Assembly (NCBI GenBank): GCA_051294905.1
Contig: CM119373.1
Span: 2,606,001 to 2,670,000 of the forward strand
Direction of reading: 5' to 3'
DNA: 64,000 nt
DNA from: Botryllus schlosseri
Taxonomy: Eukaryota
Numbering within the stretch: the first letter of the stretch is position 1; the number at the start of each line of letters is the position of its first letter. Shown in pieces: positions 40,737 through 53,032 of the stretch. Under the pieces are notes generated by a model. That model did not search any database. It was given only the letters and a program-made list of their open reading frames with translations, and was not told the DNA's origin. A program made the translations under genes and the position numbers.

Positions 40737-41799
40737 GAATAGTGCAATCAGTTTTGGTACCAACGGATCTGCTGTCTCCAACGATACAAGCCTAGGTCGC
40801 GTGCCTGTCGCAATTCTTGTACTGTGAAAACACTCAACGAGCATTTAATCACGAATGAGCAATTATACTAAGACATACCAGAGAGCTAGATTTCAGATTC
40901 GAAAGGAGGGATATTTGAGCGTGCGGGAACAGGGTATATTGAACAGAAGGACACCTTTGTCTACGCCACTGATTATAATTTCAAAGTCAATCCAGTTAAA
41001 AATTCAAGACATACTGAGGGAATACTACGAAAGTACATAAATCCACTTTCGCGATCGTCTCAGCGTTATGTTGTAACAGTCTGGTCTGCCAAGTGGAAAG
41101 TCGATCGGCTCAGCATCGGATGAACTTCGAACTGCAATTTGTATATCATGTCTTGATAGCCATAAGTCTCGGAAGTATTACAAATATTTGGCTATACCTG
41201 CTTTCTCTGGTGCGGTCTTTTTGTATTCCACTTTCGAGTCAAGAAGTCTACCAATTTTGCCGGCTCTTGATACGCATCTGCTCGCTCTTCCGAAAAAATC
41301 AGTGCTGCTGTTTCCGGAATCGAAAGCAGTACGGTACATCTGCTATGTCATATCATCTCCTAAATGTTATGATACAAGACTGACTTATATAAGCATAATT
41401 TTCTCAACTTACCTGGATAACTGCAGACGATCATGCACTTCGGCAACGCATAGCCCGACACTGCAGTTACATTTCTTCACTGACGACCGTAATAATAAAC
41501 TAAGTACCTTGAGGCTCAGTGACTGTCCCTGATAACATGCAACATTAAGATGTTAAAAATAGCTGAAAATACTGGTATTATTATTACAGCCTTCGAAACA
41601 GGCGAAACAAAATAGACGCAATTTCGAAACTGTTCGAAGTAAGTCAAACAGCTCTCAGCGTCATAAACTACAAAGTGTTCCTTCAAAATAGCATATTACC
41701 CGCTAAAATATGTACCGTACATCTAGTTTTACCCACATCCCGGTCTAGTTGCGACTCCAGCTTCCAGCATCATACACAACACAAGACCTGCAACTGATG

Positions 41800-42112
41800 T
41801 AAGAAAGATAGCGTAATGGTAGCGTAATGATCGGTAGGTCGTGGGTTCGATCCCCGGCCGGGTCAGACCAATGACCTAATTAGTAACACTGGTATTCATG
41901 ACTTCCCTGCTTGGCGCTCATGCATTACTAGGACAGCATGGAGGGGTGGTGCAAGATTTAGAATGCCGTAATGTGCATCGGCATATGCACAATCACACAT
42001 CATGCTCTTATGGTATGCATATGCACAGATCGTGTGTACCATGGGTCTTTGTATATGTCGCAAAAACATCAAGGACAAAAATAAAGTACGTCCTTTCCTC
42101 TCCTTTCCTTTC
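41800..42112 (+). mobile_element. tRNA-derived SINE, MetaSINE-like core
   Basis: A box TAGCGTAATGG (41809), B box GGTTCGATCCC (41844). Core GGTCAGACCAATGAC...TGGTATTC...CTTCCCTGCTTGGCGCTCA. AATAAA plus (TTTCC)n tail. Confidence 0.75.
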
Positions 42113-43273
42113 ATGCCAACTGCTCGTCTGCTACGAGTGCTACCTGGCGAATGACGCGGCTTCAAGTTTCTAGAAAAGTGTGCAAGTCACGCACGAACAA
42201 TCACGTTGGGGCTCATCTTTTCGACTTATTTAGTATCAGTGACGCGGAATAAAACTAGGATCCATGCTCACTGCTCAGCCAGCGAAACGGGCGGTACTAA
42301 CGAGACAGTAAATGTAGGATGACCGTATATCAGAAAATGAACATTTCGACCGATTAACACGAATTTACACTGATTACAGCAGCATATCAAAACGCAACGT
42401 TATCTACAGGATCCAAAGAACTTACCACATCAAAATGAATAACACCAAACTGGAATTCATCCTGAATAAATGGATCCTCAACATTATCCTTTCTACGTAT
42501 TTTAAACAAACCTCTGACACTTAAAAATCTAAACCGTAAAAGAACACTTCGAAACCATTCCGAAGGATTCTTTTACGGTTCAGTGTTTGCTGGGCGTAGC
42601 TCTTGATCGATGTGGAGTGTTTAACATCTGAAGCCCTTTACACAGTTTTCAGAATGGGAAGATTTCCATCTAAAATTATGCCTGTACTTCACGACGGCTT
42701 CATCCGGCATAAGCTTGCTATTCATATTTAATAACTTATAAGGCTACATCATGCCAACAAAACAATTTCCATTGATTATCATGTCATACGGTTAGTTTTA
42801 CCTATTAATTGAAGGAAACCCTCCATCCGAACGTAGCCGATATTGATCTTGATATGATCGGATGTTGATAACCTATTAGTGAATAAAAGAATGATTAGAA
42901 ACGAACCGTATGCTATTGATATTTCAGTGACAGCTGCTATATCATCACCGGATATATCATTTTTCTACTTGAACTTAAATATGACAGTTTCATATTCAAA
43001 CCCTCGATGTTATGCATACAGTCTAAATTGAAATAATCATGGTTGTTGAGTGGTATTGCTAGACAAGAGGAAGTTTCAACAATATATATCCGTGTGCTAT
43101 ATTTCAGTGTACATTCGTGCATATACGGTGCATTTACTCACTAGGTTTGACATTATGACATGATGCTTTCGTGACGATGTTCGGCTATGATTGATCACTG
43201 CATTCTAAGGAAGATGTTCTTAATGTTTTGACGAACAAACCCTTCTTAAAGATCTACACGATTTGCTTTAGAA

Positions 43274-43630
43274 CAGTGGTTCCTAACCTTTTTCGACCCA
43301 TCTCCCCCTTTTCAAGCTCAACACCGATCATCGCCCCCCGAATTTTGAGTACCGAAAATTGGGCATACAAACTGTAATCACCGGCCGGTTGACTAAAAAA
43401 AAGGTCAACTTTACGGCTCGAAGCCTAATTTGACACTTTTGTAGGCTAACTAAGTTTCCGTGGGCTGACTAAAAAAAAAGGTCACCTGTTTTGACGCGTC
43501 ATCGCCCCCCTATCGCTCCTTGTCTATTTTAGTCCCCCGTCGCCCCCTTCATCCATTTTCGCCTCCCTACCGCCCCCTTCGTCATTTTCGCCCCCCTAGA
43601 CCGCCAAATCGCCCACGTTGGGAACCACTG
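43274..43630. mobile_element. hAT Charlie-type MITE
   Basis: TIR CAGTGGTTCCTAAC/GTTGGGAACCACTG, perfect TSD CTTTAGAA, TCGCCCCC repeats. Confidence 0.92.
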
Positions 43631-45147
43631 CTTTAGAAGAAATGTGTTAAAATAACTTTGTAATGTGAACAAGAAAGACGAACACGAACACACACAGGAG
43701 CATAATGTAGAGTCCTTTGTTCAAATAAAAAGGATGTATTTAGTCCACCAAGACACTCTACTCACAACAAGACACACCCGCACAGCCTATAAACAGCGGA
43801 ATGACAATCTGATGAGTACAAGAAACCACGTGCTGAGATCATGAACTCAGATATCATAAAGAACAAGGTTTACAGCAGCATCACAGATACTGCTTCATCG
43901 GGCATGATCGCTCAATTACCAAATAACTTTATGTGATGCGACAATGAAAACAAAGGAATTTCCGATTATTATAGTGGTATATATTTCACTCGTATCTCGT
44001 AATTCCATATGGGCGTACAATGAATCTCAATGATTCGTTCGGACGTTGGTACGTCTCAAGATGAGTGGATTTGATATGTTGAGTTTCTGATCCTGATGTG
44101 AGATTGAAACACCAGTCCAAATCGAATCCAAAACTCATTTCGTGACATACACAAATCCTGCAATGTCTATGTACAAATCCAAATCCAGCTTGAACATAAT
44201 AGTAAATCTCTACGCAATCCAAATCCGGCGGAGATCTTCACATCCACTTTTTCAAGGCACAATCAAAATCCATGCTCATTTATCGTTCCTACATTATTAT
44301 GAAGAGATGTGCATCGTAATTGATATGACTTTAGCAGCTGCTACAGTATCATCAGCCAACTAATTTGTTTACATTACTGGATTATCATGATTTCCTTTTT
44401 TGCGGGTTCAGCTTATGAAGCGAGTTACAGTGGCCGGTTACGCCCCTTTATGACAGCCTATCATGAAAACGATATGTATTTTCGTATGTATTATGATATT
44501 ATAAGAGCCCCACACGGGAAAAGTCGAATAAAAAGAAGGTGAAGAATCAATAAGAAAAAAATATATAGAAATGCCAACTTGCGATCGTGTGCTCCTCACG
44601 AATGAAATTTGTTTCTGGTATACGCTTGGGCGATTCCGACACATTTCCGATAAACTGACAATCCTGATGGGAGGTTACGAAATAACAGCATGCAAATAAT
44701 GACTTGAATAAAATCAATTGCCTACCGGAGATGCATCATTATTCATCACTTGTCCCAAATTTTCGAAAACACTACCCGATCATCACCTCTACCGGTGAAT
44801 CTGATCATATGAGCTGAGGAAGGATAAATATTTGATAGTAATATGGGAAATTACTAATTTTCATGACGAAATCCATACCTGAATCTGAAAAAATTGTCGC
44901 GCTTGGCGCGATCATGCCGTGTACCGGTGAGTATTCATAACATGACCCCTTGCGATTTCGGCGGGTATAGCAAGCCGATATGAAAATTAGATTGGTCTGG
45001 AGTTCACCGGAAATTGACATGGACAGATTAACATTGGTATTTGATGTCCAGTTAATTCAATACGGATATGCCCTGGAATGCGGCCGTGTGCTATGTAAGC
45101 ATTCGAAATGCGGCCGTGGTTAGCAAAAAGGTTGGCCACCCCTACTC

Positions 45148-45935
45148 TAGGTGATCACAGTCTATTCACTAAAATTAGCAACTGCTCTCAGATTTATAGT
45201 TGTAAACCAATCAAACGCTTCATGGCCTGTATTTTACGTTTGAGGATGAATGCGCCCAACTGGGCCTATGTTTCAGTGAATAGGATGCATCCGTCATGAA
45301 ACAGTAAACCTTTGCACCTCGAATGCGACCGTAAGGGGTTCAAGTCTTGAGGCCACTGAAATTGTCACATCACTGAATATTTATCCTTTTAAAATGCGGA
45401 GTTCGATCTCAGTCACTTACCGCGAACGCTGATGTCACCGGGCGAGGTATGTCGTGGGTACTAATATTTACAGAAATGCGTTGTGAAAATCCCCCTAATT
45501 TTAGCAGCAAGCCGTAAATTTTTGCTCTAGCAGTATGCACGACTCATCAGCTAAAAGTAAACAAAATCAAGCATCTGATGATCGTGTAGCAGCCGCCACA
45601 ATAATTTCAATTGCGGTGTGCGCCCTTCTGATTCCTTTGTTCAGAACATGATTCACGATTGAAGTACGACCATACTGTGTTATCATTGAAACCAATGCAC
45701 GCTAGGTGTTAGGCTTTCCTATGAAACTATTTAGAGAAAATATACAATGATGATCCTCGGAAATACTTTTGTTGACATAATCTCGTTTAATATAGTAAAA
45801 TGTGATTAGCGCGATAACCCAGATGTTGCTGCGATAAAGTATAAACAATTTCCGACAGTTTGCTGTGGAAACAATTCCATCCAACATCTATATAAGGAGC
45901 TTCATATTTTAACCACTCCACATCGATCAAGAGCT
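45148..45935 (+). pseudogene. Orphan third copy of the peptide gene: upstream region, TATA box and start of exon 1 only
   Basis: Colinear direct repeat of 56466-57251. Homology stops at GAGCT inside exon 1 and no CDS follows. Confidence 0.85.
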
Positions 45936-46497
45936 TGTACAACTCAACGAATACCCATCGGCCTGCTTACTACATTTTAAAGATTCTCTCCGCTATTGTG
46001 TATACAAGAATATACTTCTCTTAGTAACCAATTTCTCGTGAATTCCGAACCACATTGACGTGTGTTAACTTCTGGTATTAGGTAATAATATCATTTTCAT
46101 GTCTGATAATGCCACTTGTCAAGGTGATACAAACGTAAGCTCAAGCTACTTTAACGTTAATTCATTCAATTAGCTTGTGTTTATCATGAAATTACTTAGA
46201 TTATACTGAGTTTCGCTATTAAAAAACACTGCAACATGATTGAGTTAATCAAACACAGCGCAAATAATTACAAATCGCCTGCAGTAGGTATTCTTTTATG
46301 ATATACGAAGGAGGATGACACGAATATCTTATAATACTCTAGTAATTAATTTATTTGTCTTGTGTTAATTATGAAATCACTTGGCTCATACTGTAAATTA
46401 CACTGCAACGTGAAAAGTTATTATATTTATTCTCATAAGTTAGAGCTAAATTTGAACTCGTTGGAAAAATAAGATTCAGTAGGCCTACTTGATTATA

Positions 46498-49230
46498 AAA
46501 TTAGATTTACTTGAGTAAACGTGAGGAGTTATGAGTTATTCTACTGAATTTTCTATAAGGTGAGGTCCTGTTAAAAACCACTAACTTGATTATTTCGGAA
46601 TAGTGTAGACGATCAACTTCATTCGTCAAGCGGCATAAGACCCCTCATACATACATACACTGTACACACTTACATTAGCTGATTGGAGCTGTCTATCCTT
46701 ACGAGGATGCTTGGTAAAACCGAGGAAAAGGCCTTGAACAGTAGTTGCGGACTTACTTGCACTAATTACTAGCTACATAATACAACAAGTTACCACTCGT
46801 TGATGTAACTGTCCTCATTTGTATGCATAGCCTACGAGAAATTGCTTACTGAGGGAGGTACTTTTTTGAAGATTGCAACGACATAGCCATATATGTATTT
46901 ATCCCGTATACGCAATATTTGTATAACACGATAATTGAAGGTGGATATGAACTGACGAAATTTGGTGTCGTAAGGTAGATAATTTTAAACTGTCGTAACT
47001 TCGTATCGCTATGATGTCATATAACACTGTTCCAAGTCCCAGGACTATCACTGAAGAGCTCGTGGAATGAATATCGTTAGTCAAGATGATCAAACAGAAT
47101 GAATAGAAGCTCACCGTAACATATAGGCTACTGCTATTTGGCAGACTTCAAATATAGCGAAAAGTAATTATGTAAGTCATAACACATGGTCAAGTGTACA
47201 AGTACATGTAGAATTATTAATAAATGAGATTTACTTGCTACAATCAAGTACAGGTTAAAGAAAAGATTTCCGAATGAGCTAGTTTTTTATTCCAAATTTT
47301 GTCTAAAACTGAAACTGTCAAGAACTGAAAAAGTACTCTAAAACCTAGTCACTTTTTACGTGGAGTGAGTCGATAGCGAAGTACACGCACATTTTGGAGT
47401 ACTCAAGTATAGGTTTGGCCTGCTTGCGCTATACTTAATCAAGTGATTAACTATTTACACTGAATCTAGTTCTATTTCAGAGTTGTCGGTTTTTCGAGCA
47501 AACTATACCTTCAATACTTACTTTTTAACTCACTCGGAAAACATCACTTCTTGTCCTTTACTAGGAATTTACTGCTACTAAAATGTTGAAATGTACTTCT
47601 TTTCAGTGGCCCTGGTGAGCGGTGTCAGTTTCATCTATATCCTACGATGCATTATCGCGCCGCAGAATGACTTACCGCAATAAAAATACCAAAAATACAT
47701 CGAGAATTTGCGAACTCTCACTGTGCAATATTTGAATTTACGAAGTACCCTTCAAAGTGGTGCTATATGTTGGATATTATTCAAAACCTCATAAAATTAC
47801 GCGTCGAGCGAGGAACCCTTTAAAATAAGATAGAAGTAGTCATTTCCGAGTAAGTAAAACGTTAGTACTCCAGATATATTTCTGCCTAATACTATAGCTA
47901 TCATGAAGTTGAAGCACTCCGATTTCATAAAGACTTGAGAGTATTTGGTGCATGTAGGCAAAAAACCTACTTGGTATACTCTGAAAAAGTACGAGTACTT
48001 CTTTACTCAACAACTCCAAAGGTTAGCACAGTTTGTTGTATTTCGATTACCTGCTAATAAAATGTTGAAATTTAATGTACTTTTTTTCAGGGGTCTTGAT
48101 GAATTGTACCAGTTTCATTTATTTCCTACAATGCATTGCGCTGTCCTGAATGACCTATCATCACCGTGAAAAAATAGCAAAAATATACCGAAAATTTGGG
48201 AAGTCCTACTATGCCATATTTGAGTTTTTCAATTTACGTTTCGAAATTAGCCCAGTTGAATATCAACGAAAACCACGTAAAATTTCACTCCAAGCGTTAT
48301 GGCTTTAACTCGAGCAAATACGTATTCCGAATTTTATGAGTGAAATAACCTTCCTTATGTTAAATCTACATGGGGCAGAATAAATCGAAAAAAAAATAAA
48401 TGCGGAAGCCTAGGCATCGAGATATAGCTCGGCGTCACACCGCGGTCCAATAACGAGAGTGGAATAATATAGAAATCATACCGAACCATTGTAAAAGACG
48501 TTTCTTAGTTAATGCATATAAAATTTCACATTGTAAAAGTTAGTATTCAAGGTCCATTTTTGTTTAATACCGAAACTGTCTTGAATTTGAAACAGGCCTA
48601 TATCATAAACACTTGAGTAGTTGGTGCACGTAGGCAAAAAAAAAACTTGTGTACTTTGAAGAAATACATGTACTTCTCTGCTCAACATCTCTGAACTATA
48701 GAAGTGGAGATATAGTCTACCAACATAACCAGTTACTTACTTACTTACTTACTTACTTTGAAATCTGTACTTTTACTTGTATTCGAGCGAAATTGCGTGA
48801 TGTTGAGTACCATCTGCGGGCGTTTATCACACTGCTGGAAAATTAAGGTTCAGTACTCGAGTATCAAATTAGATTTACTTGAGTGAACGTGAGGAGTTAT
48901 AATAAGCGATTCTACTAAAGTTTCTATGTGGCGCGGTGCTGGTAAAACCACCAGCTTGATTATTTCGGAATATAGAATAGAAGACCAGCTTCTATCATCA
49001 AGCACCATAAGACCCGTCATTCATACATACATACTTACATTATCAGCTTGGGGCTGTCTATCCTTATTAAGGTGTTTGGTAAGAACGCGGTAAAGCCATT
49101 GAACAGCAGCAGTTGCGGGATTACTCGCACCAATTACTAGGTACATAATAACGCAAGTTAACACAAGTTGGTTCGATCCTTGGCTTACGTGCACCAATTA
49201 CCAGCTACATAATACAACAACTTAACACTT
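46498..49230 (+). repeat. Diverged direct repeat pair (46498-46800 and 48866-49230)
   Basis: Both start AAATTAGATTTACTTGAGT.AACGTGAGGAGTTAT and end near CTACATAATACAACAA. Confidence 0.75.
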
Positions 49231-52060
49231 GTAGAACACGATATTTGCTCTTGGAGAACTGACGATAGTTTCGAAGTCTCACTTCGGGGTATTAAAATAT
49301 ACGCTTTATTCAACATAACGACTTGACACTGGAAAAACGCTTTCACGTTATTCAATAACTCGATTCACGAAACTTGTTGCTTGTGTGATTTACCACTGGT
49401 GTGCAAAGGGTTAAAAACGTTAGAAATATAGTTTCACATTCTATTTGTTTTGACGGAAGGGAAAATCATTCGATAACTCGACACTTCTCGTTAGTAAACT
49501 AAATTGTTGTATAATATTTTCTAAAATACAAACTCGGACGAAATCATGAATATGTAGGACTTACCTTAAACATATATTGTGCACATACAACTTTGTTACA
49601 AGAACTAGGATATTCCTGTAAGTACTAGCCCTGTGTTGGGTTATTTGAATATTAGGATACGTGACCATTCACGTAAAAAAGTTATCTTGATATCAAAAAC
49701 ATTTTGTAGAGACTATATCATTCTATAGTTTGAAAACGCGTCTATTCATTCTTCAATTTCATAGTACGCGAATATCGGGTAAAGTCGATTACTCATTTAT
49801 GAGTAGTAAATTTCTATTAAAGTACAAGAAGGGACGATGTCCGAGCGGCTAAACAAGTAAGTATTGACTTCTTCCGAGTATTCAAGTACGTTTTTTGCCT
49901 ACATGCACCAAATACTCTCAAGTGTTTATGATATTGTACTGCTTCAAATCCGCTATAGTTTCAGAATTAAGCAGAAATAGACCTAGAATACTGACGTTTT
50001 ACTTAGTCGGAAATAGGTACTTCCACCTTAATTCAAAGGATTTGTCGCTCCGAGCAAAATTCTACGAGGTTTTGGATAATACCCAACATGTAGGTTCACT
50101 TTGAAGGGTAATTTGTAAAACTCAATTATCGTATAGTGAGAGTTCGCAAATCCTCGATGTATTTGTGCTATTTTTCATTGCGATAAGTCATTCTGAAGTC
50201 TGAAAATGCATTGTAGAATATAGATGAAACTGGGCCCGCTCATCAAGGCCAATGGAAAAATACATTTCAACATTCTATTACCAGTAAATTTCTTCTGAAG
50301 TACATGAAGTGCTGATTTCCGAGCGAGTAAAAAAGTAAGTATTGAAGGTATTATTTGTCTGATAACTGAAAACTCTGAAATAGAAATAGAAGTAGATGAA
50401 GTCTAAATAGATAATCACTTGATTAAGTATAGCAGGCGAAACCTATACTTGAGTACTCCAAATGTACAATTATTTCGATATGGAGAGGGTTTTGATGATA
50501 TCCAATATGTAAGCTCACTTTGAAGTATAATTCGTAAAACTCAAATATTTCGCAGTGAGAGTTTGCAGATTCTCGATGTATTTTTGCTATTTTTCGTTGT
50601 GATAAGTCATTCTGCAGCGCGAAAATGCATGATAGGATATAGTTGAAACTGGCGCTGCTCATCGAGGGGATTGTAAAAAGTACATTTTAACATTTTAGTT
50701 TCAGTAAATTTTGAGTAAAGTGCAAGAAGTGATGATTTCCGAACGAGTAAATCAGTAAGTATTGAAGGTAAAGTTTGTCTGAAAACCGAAAACTCTGAAA
50801 TAGAAGTAGATGCGCTGTAAATGGATAATCACTTGATTGAGTATATTGCTACCAAGGCAAAACCAATACTTGAGTACTCCAAAATGAACAAGTACTTCGC
50901 TACCGACTCAAAAGGTAGTTTTCTAACTACTCTACGAAATCCGTACTGTAAGACTTTAGTACATTGGAAAAGTATTTGAGTCTAAAAATATTAATCCCCA
51001 TAAAACGTGCTGGATGTGGGGTTCGAAGCCTCGACTAATAAGAGCAGCGTGATTGAAAATAGACGGAGGATGACTGGATTAAAGTTTACTGAATACCCCG
51101 CAATGTAAAATTATTATATACTATACAAAATCCGGAGTGTAAAAGTCTTTAGTGCATCGGAATAGTGTAGCTTTCTTTCTACTTTGCAAAAGTAATACGA
51201 TTTTTCGTGTTACGTTCCGCGATAGAATGTAATTTTTCGCGCTTTTTAATATTTTAATTTTATTTTTTATTATTTTCAGTTATCAGGCATAGTTTTCTAT
51301 CTACTTTACAAAACTCATACGATTTTTCTTGTTGCGTTCCGGGATAAAATGTAATATTTCGCGCTTTTTAATTTTTTAATTTTATTTATTATTTTCAGTT
51401 ATCTGGCAAACTATACCTTTAATACGTACTTTTTCACTTGTTGGAGATCTGCACTTCATGTACTTCAGTAGACATTTAGTGATATTAAAATGTTGGAATT
51501 TACTTTTTTCATTGCTCTGGATGAGACGTGTCAGTTTCATAAACTTATCCGACAGCATCAGGTATTGGCGATGGAGAAAGCTAGGCACTATCTAGTAGAG
51601 AACCTCTCGAATTGGTATTTTCTAATACCTCATTCCCATAGGCGAAATTGCAAACCTTGATATCAGCTACGGGGATAACATTAGCTTTACGCAACTCGGG
51701 ACTATTATTTCGAGCGATCTGACTTATTTTCCACTTGCGAGTTTTAGTCATATTCAAGCGTGTTTACATTTCTACTGAATATCTACACTGAATCTTGTAA
51801 AGTAGACAGACGAGGAAAACTATGAACTTAAGGTAAGCGCAAAGTACGTAGATTTTGATGTCATACAAACACCATAAACTGTGCTACTTGTACTTCTTCG
51901 GAGTACTCAATTAGGTTTTTAGCTGCATGCAACAAATTCTTTCAAGTGTTTATGATATTGGACTGCTTCAACACCATGATAATTATAGTATTAAGCAGAA
52001 ATGGACCTAAAATACTAACGTTTTACTTACTCGGAAATGGCTACTTCTACCTTAATTTAA
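47358..52060. repeat. Cluster of full and partial copies of a ~650-bp MITE-like family in both orientations
   Basis: 47358-48017 is inverted at ~49855-50466 and ~50480-50910. Fragments at ~48040-48290, 48600-48690, 51400-51560 and 51880-52060. Confidence 0.7.
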
Positions 52061-52168
52061 AAACCTCAAGTAAAGCTTACGAACTCCATAGTGTAAACGT
52101 CTCTAATGCGCTGAAAAAGTACTCCATACGCTATATTTGAATCTAAAAATGGTAATTCTCGTAAAACG

Positions 52169-52229
52169 TACTTGGTGTGGGATTCGAACTTACGTGAACA
52201 CTTGTTCATTGGAACTTAAGTCCATCACC
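52169..52229 (-). pseudogene. 5'-truncated tRNA-Leu(UAA) pseudogene
   Basis: The minus strand reads GGTGATGGACTTAAGTTCCAATGAACAAGTGTTCACGTAAGTTCGAATCCCACACCAAGTA: anticodon arm with TAA, long variable arm, T-arm/B box, then TTTT. The D-arm/A box is absent. Confidence 0.75.
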
Positions 52230-52933
52230 AAAAAGCTCTATTTTACAAAATTTTCGGAGTACCGACTTTTTGGGGTGAATTCTGGTATGCGCTTTGTTAC
52301 TAACTCTGAAAGCAAGCAAAGTTTGTGGTATTTGATCAACATGGAAATTTTGGAACTTTGCGTTTAGGTGATGTTGGAAACATGAGTTACTTAAGAACAT
52401 TTCGACTCATAGGTGTGGGTAATTTAAAATACAGAGTATTATAGTCATTAATGCATCGGTCACAATTCTGCTCCAATACAAGTACAAGTAGAGATTTCAA
52501 AGTAAGTAAGTGGTTATGTTCGTAGACTAACCCCACTTCTGAGAAACGATTTTTCAGTAAATAGTAATGTTTCTAGACTACTTTTACTTCTATGTAGCGG
52601 GTTTTCATAGAAATCTGCTTACTTTTATAACTTTATATTTTGTGAAGTAAAGATTAGTTTAAGGTTATGTTTGTATAACTTTGACGAGTGCTATTGTCAC
52701 ACTCGATTACCATCTTTAAATCATGGCTATCTCAATGAAGTTGAATAAATTCATGGCTTCAGAATGCGCTAATTAGACCCTGTCGTGATAACGCTAGGGT
52801 TCGCGTACAGGCAGAGAGAGTGTTTGTATAATTAGAGCCCTGCGAATCTCGCGCCTGCGGCTATACTTCGTTCGATTATTTTCGCCTTGGGATTTGCGTA
52901 TATGCTACTGAAGCTGTTACGACTTCGGAACGC

Positions 52934-53032
52934 GCACATGCGAGTGATTTGTTTCCATAGCTCCGAACTTGAGATGCAGAGACCTCGTATTGCACATGCG
53001 AGTGATTTATTTCCGTAGCTCCGAACTTGAGA
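52934..53032. repeat. Direct repeat, 2 x ~41 bp, 58-bp period
   Basis: GCACATGCGAGTGATTT.TTTCC.TAGCTCCGAACTTGAGA occurs twice. Confidence 0.85.
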
